Positions 19,708-29,697 of a stretch of 64,000 nucleotides of DNA are shown here, piece by piece. Positions within the stretch are counted from its first letter, which is position 1. Every line of letters starts with the position of its first letter. Below the pieces are notes generated by a model, which saw only the letters and a program-made list of their open reading frames with translations, did no database searches and was not told the origin of the DNA. Source of the DNA: Candidatus Obscuribacteraceae bacterium (GTDB lineage: Bacteria > Cyanobacteriota > Vampirovibrionia > Obscuribacterales > Obscuribacteraceae); NCBI GenBank assembly GCA_044226015.1, contig JBGAHS010000007.1:128001-192000 (forward strand), written 5' to 3'. A program made the position numbers and the translations under genes.

Positions 19708-20946
19708 CTAATCGACGAATACAGAGCTTCGTTGCTTATCAGCTTCTTTCAGCATCGTGAAAAGTTGTTCACTCATTTCAGAGCGTAGCTTCTCAATGAC
19801 GGCTTTCTTGCTCTTCTTATATTCTGCGTAATGATCAAGCAAATTGATTGGCTTGCCGATTGTCACCAGAACTTTTCGTGGTCCCTTGATTTTCGCTTCA
19901 CCGAAAACTTCTGTTTCGATTAGTTCCAGAACATTCACCAAACGTTCTTGCGTTATTGGTGGGCTCAAATAACCGTCATAAATGGCGACGAAACGCACCA
20001 CTCTGTCTAAATCAGCGTAAAAGGATTTGATCTTCCCAGCTTTCTCATCATGAATTTTCTTTTGATATGCCGACAATTCGTTTTCATCATCATAAATATA
20101 ATCATCAAGAGTGTTTCTCAAAACGCGCACCCAATCAAGGTTTGATCCACTTTCAGGAAGTTTCACATGCAAGACTTCTGCCATCGTTTTGAGAATGTGT
20201 GACTTCAGCGTTGTGATTCTTGTATTGAGCTCAGCGTCTGTTGCTGGCTTCAGGTCATACTCTTCTTCGAGTGTTGCAAGCACTACTTCGGACGCCTTCC
20301 GCACTCGCTTGTAGAGCGATTTCTCTGTGTTCTTGATGCCGAGTTTTTCTTCAATTCTCGTCATCAGCTCACTCAAAACAGGGGTCAAATCTATTTTGTA
20401 GGTGTACTTCAAAGCAACTGGAAGAATGTATAGTGGCTCTTCAGAGTTTTTCTTGTGCATCTCATCCATCGCCATAAATGAGAGCTGCGCCGCACCACTT
20501 TCCAGCGGAAGCAAGACGTCATTTTGTCGTGATATTTCCCCTTCCGGAAAAAGCACCAGCTTCTTTTTGCCTTCGACAAGAAGCTGTTTCGTCATCTTGA
20601 ATGACTCACGATCAACCGCACCGCGCACCACAGAGTAGACGCCCATGTGCTGCAAGAACCATCCATTAATACCGTGGTTCCAATCGAAAACTTCGCGAGC
20701 TGCAATGAAATTGAATTCCTCACCAGAAAGACAAGAAAGCAAAAACATAACTTCCGGGTCATGCCGATGCGAGTGATTTGGGCAAATCATGCAGTGTTTG
20801 CCTTTTAGCTGTTTCAAGCGCTCAATTCCATCACCGATTACTTCAATCTCTGCGTCTTGCATACGAATTGATTGAATTAATGGTTTGAAAATTCTCGCTA
20901 GTCCAATGACGAGTCCGCTGTCTTTTGGTGGGCGAAAGTCAAGCAC
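19708..20946 (-). CDS. Lysophospholipid/glycerol acyltransferase (PlsC family)
   Basis: NHSHRHD (HxxxxD) and FPEG motifs. Confidence 0.85.
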   Translation of the reverse strand: MLDFRPPKDSGLVIGLARIFKPLIQSIRMQDAEIEVIGDGIERLKQLKGKHCMICPNHSHRHDPEVMFLLSCLSGEEFNFIAAREVFDWNHGINGWFLQHMGVYSVVRGAVDRESFKMTKQLLVEGKKKLVLFPEGEISRQNDVLLPLESGAAQLSFMAMDEMHKKNSEEPLYILPVALKYTYKIDLTPVLSELMTRIEEKLGIKNTEKSLYKRVRKASEVVLATLEEEYDLKPATDAELNTRITTLKSHILKTMAEVLHVKLPESGSNLDWVRVLRNTLDDYIYDDENELSAYQKKIHDEKAGKIKSFYADLDRVVRFVAIYDGYLSPPITQERLVNVLELIETEVFGEAKIKGPRKVLVTIGKPINLLDHYAEYKKSKKAVIEKLRSEMSEQLFTMLKEADKQRSSVFVD

Positions 20947-21679
20947 TTAGTAATACCTTCTCTAATTGGAGGTCTGCCGATTTGCATCTATATATTATTT
21001 CCTTGGCAGCCACCAATGTTTGAGATTTTAGTGATTCTCCCTCATGAAGTACGATTAGACTTCCCGGATTCAGCCCCATCATTATTCTGCGAACGACTCT
21101 ATGAGCGCCAGGAATCGCCCAATCTTCCGGCGCTTGCGACCAATAGACTGGATGCATTTCCCTCTCATTTAAGAGCGATGCAGTGCGCTTGCACATGATG
21201 CCGAAGGGAGGGCGAAAAAATGCAGGCGCTTCGCCGGTAATTTCTTTGATGATATCGTTGGTCTTTTGAATCTCATGCTCTAGCTGCTTGCCAGCCAGAA
21301 TGGGCATGAATTGGTGCTTGTACGAGTGATTGCCAATGCTGTGTCCGCCCTTGTGAATCTGCTCTACTAGCTCTGGGTAACGCTCAGCCTCAGTTCCAAT
21401 CAGAAAGAAGCTCGCTTTTACGCCGTTTGCTTCAAGCAACTCGAGCAAATATGGCGTCGTGTCTGGCGATGGACCATCATCGAAAGTGAGGTAAACCCTT
21501 GAGTCTGAGCTTTCAGGGTGCTGTGCGCTGTTTTTGCTGTGCCCATCACCCCAGAAACCGCGCGGCAATATGTGTCGCGAAAGCACCGTCACCAGGTTCA
21601 TTCGGTTGACGCTGAACCAATCTACCAACGCGTCAGCCTTTTGAAGGATATTCACTGTATTTTTTTCTGAGTGATTCAT
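20939..21679 (-). CDS. Polysaccharide deacetylase (CE4/NodB family); start uncertain, ORF open to 21745
   Basis: TFDDGP, GNHSYKH, FRPPFG and IVLHE motifs. Confidence 0.9.
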   Translation of the reverse strand: MNHSEKNTVNILQKADALVDWFSVNRMNLVTVLSRHILPRGFWGDGHSKNSAQHPESSDSRVYLTFDDGPSPDTTPYLLELLEANGVKASFFLIGTEAERYPELVEQIHKGGHSIGNHSYKHQFMPILAGKQLEHEIQKTNDIIKEITGEAPAFFRPPFGIMCKRTASLLNEREMHPVYWSQAPEDWAIPGAHRVVRRIMMGLNPGSLIVLHEGESLKSQTLVAAKEIIYRCKSADLQLEKVLLSA

Positions 21680-21807
21680 AGCCGGCTCAAGACACACAGT
21701 ATAAGCATAACCGAGGTCGACAGCGGTCTTGCCCCGGCAACACACTTAATGAAGTCGTGAATTATTGCTGGGTGGGCGCTTGAGGATTTCAGGATGTCAA
21801 AAAAATC

Positions 21808-22674
21808 TTAGGCTATCTGGAACGCAAGGCTAATGCAAACCAATATGAAAGGAATGATGACATTCAGTGGTTCATTCAATTTCGTGGTTGATTGAATTAA
21901 GCGGTAAATGATGCGGCGGGCTTCATCTCCAACTTCTGAACCGCGTCTGTAAGCGATTGATTCCACTGCGCTGGCGAAGGCGTAGAACCGCTCAAGAGGC
22001 ATGTGAGTGGCTCGCGGATGAGGCAGCAAGCTTCTCATGTATCCACGCAGATTTTCGGCTTCTTTTTCTTCAAGAGGCTGGACGATTTCAAGCAATGGAC
22101 GGAACGATTTAAGCGCTACTAGCGGGTTCTTGTAAGTAACTACGTTTCTCTGGAGTGCTCGGTGCAACAGCTCGCAATGAGGCAATGGAGCCTCTCTGTC
22201 ACCTTCAGCGGGTTTGACTTTTTCGAGGAAATCTTTGTGCTTCTCGAACTCATGGAAAACTTGCAGAAGGCTGGCTTGCTGCCCTTGTTCTGGGAAGCTA
22301 ACTTCCAGTAAGCCGAAGATATATGGTCGAGCACCACATTGATCTACGTCTTTGGATGAGTTCAACATGGCTCCAGATAGGCTGGGCGTTTTGATAATCG
22401 TATCTTCTTTGTAGTTTGCTTCTCTTCCAGGCTGGAAGTTGATTTCTTTTACGGCATACTCTTGACATAGGAGCAGGTCAAATACTTGCTCAGCTTTGAC
22501 ATCGCCAAACTCGGTTGCTGCAGCCTTACCACCGGCGAAGAAAACTAGCGCGTCAGGGATGTGACGACCAAACGAAACTGACAGAGTCCCTGTGACCTTC
22601 TCCAGGCTCAGGAACTGCATCACATTGAAAATTGTCCCCTCTCGTACAGAAGTTACGTGGAAGCTAATTCCCAC
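21808..22674 (-). CDS. DUF4388-like domain protein
   Basis: N-terminal VMQFLSLEKVTGTLSV...VFFAGGK resembles DUF4388/PATAN. Hydrophobic C-terminus. Confidence 0.6.
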   Translation of the reverse strand: MGISFHVTSVREGTIFNVMQFLSLEKVTGTLSVSFGRHIPDALVFFAGGKAAATEFGDVKAEQVFDLLLCQEYAVKEINFQPGREANYKEDTIIKTPSLSGAMLNSSKDVDQCGARPYIFGLLEVSFPEQGQQASLLQVFHEFEKHKDFLEKVKPAEGDREAPLPHCELLHRALQRNVVTYKNPLVALKSFRPLLEIVQPLEEKEAENLRGYMRSLLPHPRATHMPLERFYAFASAVESIAYRRGSEVGDEARRIIYRLIQSTTKLNEPLNVIIPFILVCISLAFQIA

Positions 22675-23133
22675 CTTGTTTCCTCATCCGCAGATTCTGT
22701 TGACAGGACCCGCCGCCCTATTAAATTATACCCACTCAAAGGATTCAAAGCTAATCTGTCCTAATTTTTTCGCCGTTTTTTTTCTCAAGCAAGTTCTATT
22801 TTTTGTATTTATAAGTCGTTGTGAATATTCAGAACATTTTCGGCGATGAAAAGATGTCTCTAAAGAGAGAAAACCATGCATGGCTTAGAGTACAGACATT
22901 TGAAAGTCGAGAGCCGAAAAGTGTGTGTGTACATAGTTCTTCGGCTGCTGCTTCCTGGAATTGATTTGCTTGAGAATTAGAACTGCCGAAATCTGGCGAC
23001 AGCTTGTCAGTTGATTTCAAATTGCGAATCAGCGAGAAATTTAGAACCCTTGATCTGAGTAAAAAAAATACTTCCTGCTTGCAACTTCAAGCAGCAAAAT
23101 TATTTGTGTTTCGCCAGTTTTGGAGCAACGTTC

Positions 23134-24711
23134 TCATGACTGAACCTTCTCAAGCCTTGCCTCAAGAGCCTTTCGAACTTCAACTTTGTCGTCGAACGAG
23201 AGGACCTTGTCCATCACGAGCTGATAATTCTCATGACCCTTCCCGGCGACAAGGATTATGTCGTCGGCTTTTGCTTGACTTACAGCGAGCTTAATCGCGA
23301 TTGCTCTGTCAGGTTCTACCTGAATGTTTTTCATGCGCTTAATTCCGCTGAGTATGTGAGCAATAATCTCCTGAGGGTCTTCTGTTCGTGGATTATCGGA
23401 CGTGACAACCACACTGTCAGCAAGCATTTCGGCGATTTCACCCATCTGGGGTCTTTTTGATGGATCTCTGTCTCCGCCACAGCCGAAAACGCAAATCAAT
23501 TTTCCGCTGGACTTCTTCAGCGCTGCTGCCGTTTTCAAAACGTTGACGAGTCCATCAGGTGTATGCGCATAATCAACGATGCAGAGTGGCTCAGAATCAG
23601 CGCCAGTGGATACTGACTCAAATCTTCCTGGCACGCCATCAAACTCGCGCAGAGCTGACTGAATCGTGCTTGCGGGCACACCTTCTTCCAAGCAAATTGT
23701 TACTGCTGCCATTGCATTGTAAACGTTGAACTGTCCTACAAGCCGCATGGAAAGCTCGATTACACCATGCGGGGTTATTAGTTTGATCTGACTTCTGCCT
23801 TGAGAATACGAGCATTCGAGTGGGTGAACATCAGCCTTCTGACCGAATCCATAGGTCAGCACTTTTACTGATGGTGCACATGCTTTTATAAATTCGTTGC
23901 TTAGTGCGTCATCTAAGTTGATGACCGCAAGTTTTTTCGTTTGCGAACTTTCGTTCAATGACTCGAACAATATTCGCTTTGCCTTCCAATAATTTTCCAT
24001 AGTTTTGTGGAAATCGAGATGGTCTTGGGTGATGTTCGTAAGGCAGGCAACTGCAAAATCACAACCAGCAACTCTTTTCAGTGCCAAGGAGTGGCTCGAA
24101 ATTTCCATCGTGACGTGTGAGCAATTATGGTCGACCAGATTGCGAAGCATAGCTTGTAATTCGGGAGCCTGGGGCGTGGTGTGTTTCGCATCACCATATG
24201 CGGTGTCTCCAGGTCCACGAGAGCCAAGTGTGCCAATCAGCCCAACTCGATTTCCGTGTGCTTTGAGAATATGTTCTATTAGATGTGTAGTGGTAGTTTT
24301 TCCATTGGTGCCAGTGATACCAATCATGCGAATCATTTTGCAAGGCGTTTCGAAAAAGGCGCTTGAGAAGTCAGCCAGAGCCTGTCGAACATCTGGCACC
24401 AAAATCAGGGGAACTGAAACCTCTCCGTGTTTTTGTTCCGTCACGATGCAGCTGGCACCAGATTTGATGGCATCGACTATGTATTGATTGCCGTCAGTCT
24501 TCTCACCTGGTATGCAAAAAAACGCAGCACCGGGCTCTACTTTTCGCGAGTCATAAATCAGCTTTGTAATTTTGAAGTCTTCCTTCAACTCACCAAGAAT
24601 TTTGCCAGCAAGTTTCTCAACGAGTCTTTTCGTTTCCTGTGAACTCAGCATATTCATGTCGCTTTTCCTGCTCTGATTTATTGGTTTTGCTTGAGACATG
24701 TCGACCCGCAA
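23134..24711 (-). CDS. murE: UDP-N-acetylmuramoyl-L-alanyl-D-glutamate--2,6-diaminopimelate ligase (true start likely slightly downstream)
   Basis: DSRKV, GTNGKTTT, MEISSH, DYAHTPDG, GCGGDRD, DNPR (DAP-specific) and AGKGHE motifs. Confidence 0.95.
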   Translation of the reverse strand: MRVDMSQAKPINQSRKSDMNMLSSQETKRLVEKLAGKILGELKEDFKITKLIYDSRKVEPGAAFFCIPGEKTDGNQYIVDAIKSGASCIVTEQKHGEVSVPLILVPDVRQALADFSSAFFETPCKMIRMIGITGTNGKTTTTHLIEHILKAHGNRVGLIGTLGSRGPGDTAYGDAKHTTPQAPELQAMLRNLVDHNCSHVTMEISSHSLALKRVAGCDFAVACLTNITQDHLDFHKTMENYWKAKRILFESLNESSQTKKLAVINLDDALSNEFIKACAPSVKVLTYGFGQKADVHPLECSYSQGRSQIKLITPHGVIELSMRLVGQFNVYNAMAAVTICLEEGVPASTIQSALREFDGVPGRFESVSTGADSEPLCIVDYAHTPDGLVNVLKTAAALKKSSGKLICVFGCGGDRDPSKRPQMGEIAEMLADSVVVTSDNPRTEDPQEIIAHILSGIKRMKNIQVEPDRAIAIKLAVSQAKADDIILVAGKGHENYQLVMDKVLSFDDKVEVRKALEARLEKVQS

Positions 24712-24813
24712 GCCGCTTTGAACGATATCAGCACGCCAGAATGGGACTGGATATACGCGTTAATCCAGTCCCATCAAAATGGTGTCTTGTTTTGTTTGGA
24801 AATACCAAACGAG

Positions 24814-25074
24814 TTATTTAGTTGGAGCTGGAAGCACGTTTACAAGCTTCAAGCCGCGTGACGCTGTGAAAGTCACAACACCTTCAGCTACTGCGTACAA
24901 GGTGTCATCTCTTCCGATGCGCACGTTTTCACCAGGATGGAATTTGCTTCCACGCTGTCTGATGATGATATTTCCGGGGATGACATACTCACCACCGTAG
25001 GCTTTTACTCCAAGACGCTTAGCGTTGCTATCGCGTCCGTTTCTTGTTGAGCCGCCGCCCTTTTTATGTGCCAT
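24814..25074 (-). CDS. rpmA: 50S ribosomal protein bL27
   Basis: [32 protein letters not shown] before ATG at 25074. Confidence 0.97.
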   Translation of the reverse strand: MAHKKGGGSTRNGRDSNAKRLGVKAYGGEYVIPGNIIIRQRGSKFHPGENVRIGRDDTLYAVAEGVVTFTASRGLKLVNVLPAPTK

Positions 25075-25140
25075 GACTGAGTTCTCTCCGCTTAATTCCA
25101 ATTGCTGAGCATTGCTGCTCTAAACTGGGACTATTACTGT

Positions 25141-25500
25141 CTATTTGTTTTTAGCTTTTTCGTCTGTAGCTTCTGCAAGAACTTTGCCCTTGAGTTCGAT
25201 CTTGCTGATGAACACACGAGTATGGTGCTGTCTGTGTCCAGTGCGCTTTCTCGTACCTTTCTTAGGGCGGTACTTGTATACAACTAGCTTTTTGTCTCTG
25301 GTGTGGTTGATTACACGACCAGTGATTTTGGCATCTGCCACGAATGGCGTGCCGAGCACTGAATTTGCTCCATCAACAATCATCAGAACTTTGTCAAACA
25401 CGAACTCTTGGTCAGACTCAGCTGCGACCATGTCGATTTCTACAAATCGTCCGGTTCTCAACTCTACTTGTCTGCCACCTGCTTCTACAACCGCGTACAT
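25141..25500 (-). CDS. rplU: 50S ribosomal protein bL21
   Basis: MYAVVEAGGRQ...GHRQ; adjacent to rpmA. Confidence 0.97.
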   Translation of the reverse strand: MYAVVEAGGRQVELRTGRFVEIDMVAAESDQEFVFDKVLMIVDGANSVLGTPFVADAKITGRVINHTRDKKLVVYKYRPKKGTRKRTGHRQHHTRVFISKIELKGKVLAEATDEKAKNK

Positions 25501-25750
25501 TTTTCTTCTCCGGCTTTGAAACCAAAATTGCCTCTGTTTCCCGACTCTACTTAGTGGAGAGCCAAATATGGACGACAAGACTCGCCCGTACTGAGGCAAA
25601 ATGAAATAGTATCAAAAACCGGGCAAGCTGGTCAAACTAGCAGCGCATAAATGGCGAATATACGATAAGCTGATTTACAAATCTCCGCGAAAGAGAGATT
25701 TGTGTTTTCTCATTTGAGGCGTAGCTGCCTCTTAATCAGGAGCTCTTGAA

Positions 25751-25939
25751 ATGGCAGAACCCACTAATGAAGGGGAACTTGGAAGAAGTAAGAATTCCAC
25801 GACGCCAAAAGATCATCTTTACCATCTGCTCAATATAGGATGGAAACCTAATAGTCCTCTTATTCAAAAGTTCGTAATTGAACACAATCTGCAGAGAGAT
25901 TTGGAAAGCTGGACTAAAGAGCAAAAACTCTATCAATAG
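25751..25939 (+). CDS. Small hypothetical protein (62 aa)
   Basis: AGGAG SD 8 nt before ATG; sits alone between rplU and the peroxiredoxin gene. Confidence 0.55.
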   Translation: MAEPTNEGELGRSKNSTTPKDHLYHLLNIGWKPNSPLIQKFVIEHNLQRDLESWTKEQKLYQ

Positions 25940-26062
25940 TAGATGCTTCAATTGCGTTGCTAAATCTGATCGTTCCATTAACAAAAGAAAGAATCTTTCT
26001 GAAACCCGGCTAAGATAACCGAGTTCAAGTTTGTTTCTCATCACTTGGAGTGTACGTATAAA

Positions 26063-26602
26063 ATGTTGCAAGTTGGAAAAAAAGCTCCTGATTTTGATAT
26101 GCCTTCAACGAAGGACATGAAGGGATTGAAAGAAAATGTTCGCCTTTCAGATTACAAAGGTAAGTTCCTGGTTCTTTTCTTCTATCCACTCGACTTCACC
26201 TTCGTTTGCCCAACAGAAATCAAGGCATTCAATGATAAGGTCGAAGAATTCAAGAAAGCCGGTGCTGAAGTTCTCGCCGTGTCTACAGACAGCGTTTACA
26301 GCCACCGCGCATGGATCAACGCCAGCGAAGATAAGGGTGGACTTGGTTCACTCAACTTCCCATTGGCTTCCGACATCACCAAAGATGTCAGCCGCGACTA
26401 CGGCGTTCTCATCGAAGACAAGGGTATCGCTCTCCGCGGTCTCTTCATAATCGACCAAGAAGGCATCCTGCAATACCAGGTTGTCCACGCTCTCAACATC
26501 GGACGCAGCGTTGAAGAAACCATCCGCGTTCTCGAAGCATTGAAGCAAGGTGGACTTTGCCAGGCAAACTGGAAGCCAGGCCAAAAGCCACTTCAAGTTT
26601 AA
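26063..26602 (+). CDS. 2-Cys peroxiredoxin (AhpC/Prx1 family)
   Basis: FYPLDFTFVCPTE, GGLG, RGLFIID and resolving LCQANW motifs. Confidence 0.95.
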   Translation: MLQVGKKAPDFDMPSTKDMKGLKENVRLSDYKGKFLVLFFYPLDFTFVCPTEIKAFNDKVEEFKKAGAEVLAVSTDSVYSHRAWINASEDKGGLGSLNFPLASDITKDVSRDYGVLIEDKGIALRGLFIIDQEGILQYQVVHALNIGRSVEETIRVLEALKQGGLCQANWKPGQKPLQV

Positions 26603-26624
26603 TTGCTTGATTCTATAAGTCTTA

Positions 26625-26660
26625 AGGCGAGCGGCTTAGCAGTCGCTCGCCTACTTATTT
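26625..26660 (+). terminator. Terminator hairpin
   Basis: AGGCGAGCGGCT-tagc-AGTCGCTCGCCT followed by a T-rich tail. Confidence 0.65.
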
Positions 26661-26907
26661 ATGGGACTTTTCGCGTCGCACTTTCGGTTATTTGCAGCTC
26701 GAGCTAAGCATGATTTCGACGCAGGTGAACTAAGTTCAGCACTTGCTAGTAGTTCCCATTTTGTGACTACCCTGCTGCATTCGTTTCTTGATGCGCGAAG
26801 AAAAGAGAATAAAAAGCAATCAGAAGCCATCGCGGGCTTTATTTTTAGTAGAATTTCAATTTAGTGAATGAACGGACTCACGCAGAGTTGAAACGCAAGG
26901 AGGTTTC

Positions 26908-27378
26908 ATGCCACTTCGAATGGATACGGACATGCCTTCGCTGGAAGGTGGGACAGATTGGTTCAATTCCGAGCCGATTACAAGAGAGTCTCTAATGGGA
27001 AGCCCTGTTCTCATCCACTTTTGGTCTGTCAGTTGTGGAACGTGCAAAGAGTCCTTGCCAGACATTGAAAGATGGATCCAGACCTATGGACCTAAGGGAC
27101 TGAAGGTTGTTGCAGTTCATATGCCACGTCAGGAAAGCGACACTGATGTGAAACTGGTCAAGGAAAACATCGATGAGTATGAAATCAAACAACCGTGTGT
27201 AGTCGATAACTGGCACACGATTACCGATGCTTTCGAAAACAAGTTCGTACCTGCGTATTACGTGTTTGATTCAGCGCTCAAGATGCGCCATTTTTCAGCT
27301 GGTGAAAAGGCTGTGAAGATGGTCGAACCCGCGCTCGAAAGACTATTGAATCAGCAAGAAGCAACTCCCACAGCCTAA
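26908..27378 (+). CDS. TlpA/YkuV-like thiol-disulfide oxidoreductase
   Basis: HFWSVSCGTCKE (CxxC), VHMPR and FVPAYYVFD. Paired with Prx as in B. subtilis ykuU-ykuV. Confidence 0.9.
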   Translation: MPLRMDTDMPSLEGGTDWFNSEPITRESLMGSPVLIHFWSVSCGTCKESLPDIERWIQTYGPKGLKVVAVHMPRQESDTDVKLVKENIDEYEIKQPCVVDNWHTITDAFENKFVPAYYVFDSALKMRHFSAGEKAVKMVEPALERLLNQQEATPTA

Positions 27379-27390
27379 ATTCAGGTAACT

Positions 27391-28710
27391 ATGAGCACAT
27401 CAACTTTGTCGGAATCTAATACAACATCTGAACAGACAAAATCTGAAAGACTCTTTGAGAGAGCAAAGCGAGTCATTCCTGGTGGAGTCAATTCACCTGC
27501 GCGCTCTTGCAAGTCTGTAAATTCGAACCCACTCTTCATTGAGAAAGGCGATGGCGCCTACATCTATGATGTAGATGGAAAAGATTACATCGACTATGTT
27601 GGCTCATGGGGGGCGATGATTCTCGGGCATAAGCACCCGCGAGTGATGGAAGCGCTTGAAGAAGCCATTCAGAACAGCAGTAGCTTCGGTGCTCCGACAG
27701 CTTATGAAGTAGAGTTCGCGGAACTCGTCACTAAGCTGATGCCAAATGTGGAAATGGTGCGCATGGTCAATTCAGGCACTGAAGCCTGTATGAGTGTTGC
27801 ACGACTTGCTCGTGCTTTCACTGGCAGATCTTTGATCGTGAAGTTTGATGGTTGCTACCACGGACATGCAGATTCATTTCTGATCAAAGCAGGTTCGGGA
27901 GTTGCGACCCTTGGAATTTCTGGTTCTCCAGGTGTGCCAGATGAGTTTGCAAAGCTAACCCTGTCACTGCCTTACAATGACCTGGCTGTTGTTGAAAAAG
28001 CATTTAAAGAACACAAAGACCAGATTGCGGCTGTGTTCATTGAGCCAGTTGTTGGCAATGCTGGTTTGATAGTTCCGACAGAAGGTTATCTCGCTGGTCT
28101 ACGCGAACTATGCACCACCCATGGTGTATTGCTCGTTTTTGATGAAGTTATGACAGGCTTCAGAGTGGCTCTCGGTGGCGCTCAGCAACGCTTTAATATC
28201 AAGCCCGATTTGACCTGCCTTGGTAAAGTCATAGGTGGCGGACTTCCCGTCGGAGCTTATGGCGGACGCAAGGACATCATGGAGAGAGTTGCTCCGTCTG
28301 GTGATGTTTATCAGGCCGGAACACTCTCAGGAAATCCTCTTGCAGTTAGAGCTGGTATGGCTCAGCTCAAAGTATTGAAAGCTCCTGGTGCATACTCGCT
28401 ATTGGAAGAACGCACGAAGCGTCTTGCTGATGGCATTGAGCAAAGTGCTAAGGACGCGAAGGTAGCCGTGCAGGTGGCTCATGTGCCAGGCATGTTGACT
28501 GTATTTTTTACCGACAAACCGGTAACTGATTTTGAGTCTGCGAAGAAGTCGGACACTGAGAAATTTGCGCGATTCTGGCAAGAATTGGTCAAGCGTGGTG
28601 TCTATTGGCCGCCAAGCCAATTCGAGGCTGCTTTTGTCTCCTTTGAGCATAGAACAGCCGAAATCGATAAGACTGTGGCAGCTGTCAAAGAAGTTTTTGA
28701 ATTGCTCTAA
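27391..28710 (+). CDS. hemL: Glutamate-1-semialdehyde 2,1-aminomutase
   Basis: PGGVNSP, NSGTEA, GCYHGH, FDEVMTGFR, GKVIGGGLP, QAGTLSGNP and PSQFE motifs. Confidence 0.97.
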   Translation: MSTSTLSESNTTSEQTKSERLFERAKRVIPGGVNSPARSCKSVNSNPLFIEKGDGAYIYDVDGKDYIDYVGSWGAMILGHKHPRVMEALEEAIQNSSSFGAPTAYEVEFAELVTKLMPNVEMVRMVNSGTEACMSVARLARAFTGRSLIVKFDGCYHGHADSFLIKAGSGVATLGISGSPGVPDEFAKLTLSLPYNDLAVVEKAFKEHKDQIAAVFIEPVVGNAGLIVPTEGYLAGLRELCTTHGVLLVFDEVMTGFRVALGGAQQRFNIKPDLTCLGKVIGGGLPVGAYGGRKDIMERVAPSGDVYQAGTLSGNPLAVRAGMAQLKVLKAPGAYSLLEERTKRLADGIEQSAKDAKVAVQVAHVPGMLTVFFTDKPVTDFESAKKSDTEKFARFWQELVKRGVYWPPSQFEAAFVSFEHRTAEIDKTVAAVKEVFELL

Positions 28711-28756
28711 GAGCTTCTAAGGCTCGAGTCCAATCTCTTCCATAGCGATCTTGGTT

Positions 28757-28812
28757 GCGCCGCCATCCTGGCGGCTTCGGATCTGGGAGCGCGTCATCCT
28801 GGCGGCTTCGGA
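28757..28812. repeat. REP-like palindrome doublet
   Basis: GCCGCC-ATCCT-GGCGGC-TTCGGA then GGGAGCGCGTC-ATCCT-GGCGGC-TTCGGA, between convergent hemL and comF. Confidence 0.75.
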
Positions 28813-28885
28813 GCTTTCTCAAAAGCGGGATCCGTTTTCTGCTTTGAACTTTGTTCCTTGACTGCCACTATATGCGGTATCTGCG

Positions 28886-29584
28886 TCAGGTCCGCGTTGG
28901 GCTGCTATGTTGATGCAAAAGTGCTCTAGCAACTGTTATAGCTATTATCCGTTTTGCCCCAGCTCGATAGAGTGTAGAAGCCGCTTCTGCTAGCGTGGCT
29001 CCGCTTGTGTGAATATCATCAACCAGAATAATATCGCTTCCTTCTGGCAGTTTTGCTTTGAAGGCGCCCTCTAGATTGAGTCGGCGTTCTTCTCTGGAAA
29101 GATCATGTTGGGCATGGGTTTGCTTCACACGGCTCAAATACTCTGTCTTGATGCTGAGTCTGTTGAGTCGAGCGAGATTTCGTGCCAACAATTCCGCCTG
29201 GTTAAATCCGCGCTTGAAATTGCGCCAAAATGAAAGGGGGATGGGCACCATATGCAGTGTCGGTTTGCCCTGCGCATTTGCGGGTTCTAATTGAAGTGAG
29301 AGATACGCCTTATTCAGCAGTAATGCCAGATCTTCAGCAATCAATCTGTCCTTGTCATATTTCAGGCGGTAGACTAATTTTTTTACCGACTCCTCATACC
29401 TGACTCCGTGAGCGACAATAATTTCGCCAAAGCCATCGGTGATACATAGATCAGATTGAACCTCTTGCGCAAACAATGGTTCCCAGCACTCGTGGCAGAG
29501 GCTGACAGCATCGCATTGTCTCTGCTCTATGGGAATCTGGCAGAGTCTGCAGGTTTCAATGCTCAAATAGTCCAGAAGTCTCAC
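28886..29584 (-). CDS. comF: ComF family amidophosphoribosyltransferase-like protein
   Basis: CRLC/CHEC zinc ribbon, LKY, VPIPL, RGFNQAE and LVDDIHTSGAT motifs. Confidence 0.9.
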   Translation of the reverse strand: MRLLDYLSIETCRLCQIPIEQRQCDAVSLCHECWEPLFAQEVQSDLCITDGFGEIIVAHGVRYEESVKKLVYRLKYDKDRLIAEDLALLLNKAYLSLQLEPANAQGKPTLHMVPIPLSFWRNFKRGFNQAELLARNLARLNRLSIKTEYLSRVKQTHAQHDLSREERRLNLEGAFKAKLPEGSDIILVDDIHTSGATLAEAASTLYRAGAKRIIAITVARALLHQHSSPTRT

Positions 29585-29697
29585 TCTTCACCATCGTGCA
29601 GAAGCATACTTCTAAGACGTAATTTTGATGTCAAAGGTTCAATGCAGAATGCTTGTCAATCATCGATTTAATTTCAAACTTATCATAGACTTTATGC

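Noticed and set aside
25075..25101. Prp-cleaved N-terminal extension on L27
   Set aside because: The extension starts at TTG and contains the SD (GGAGAG) for the ATG at 25074. There is no prp/ysxB gene between rplU and rpmA.
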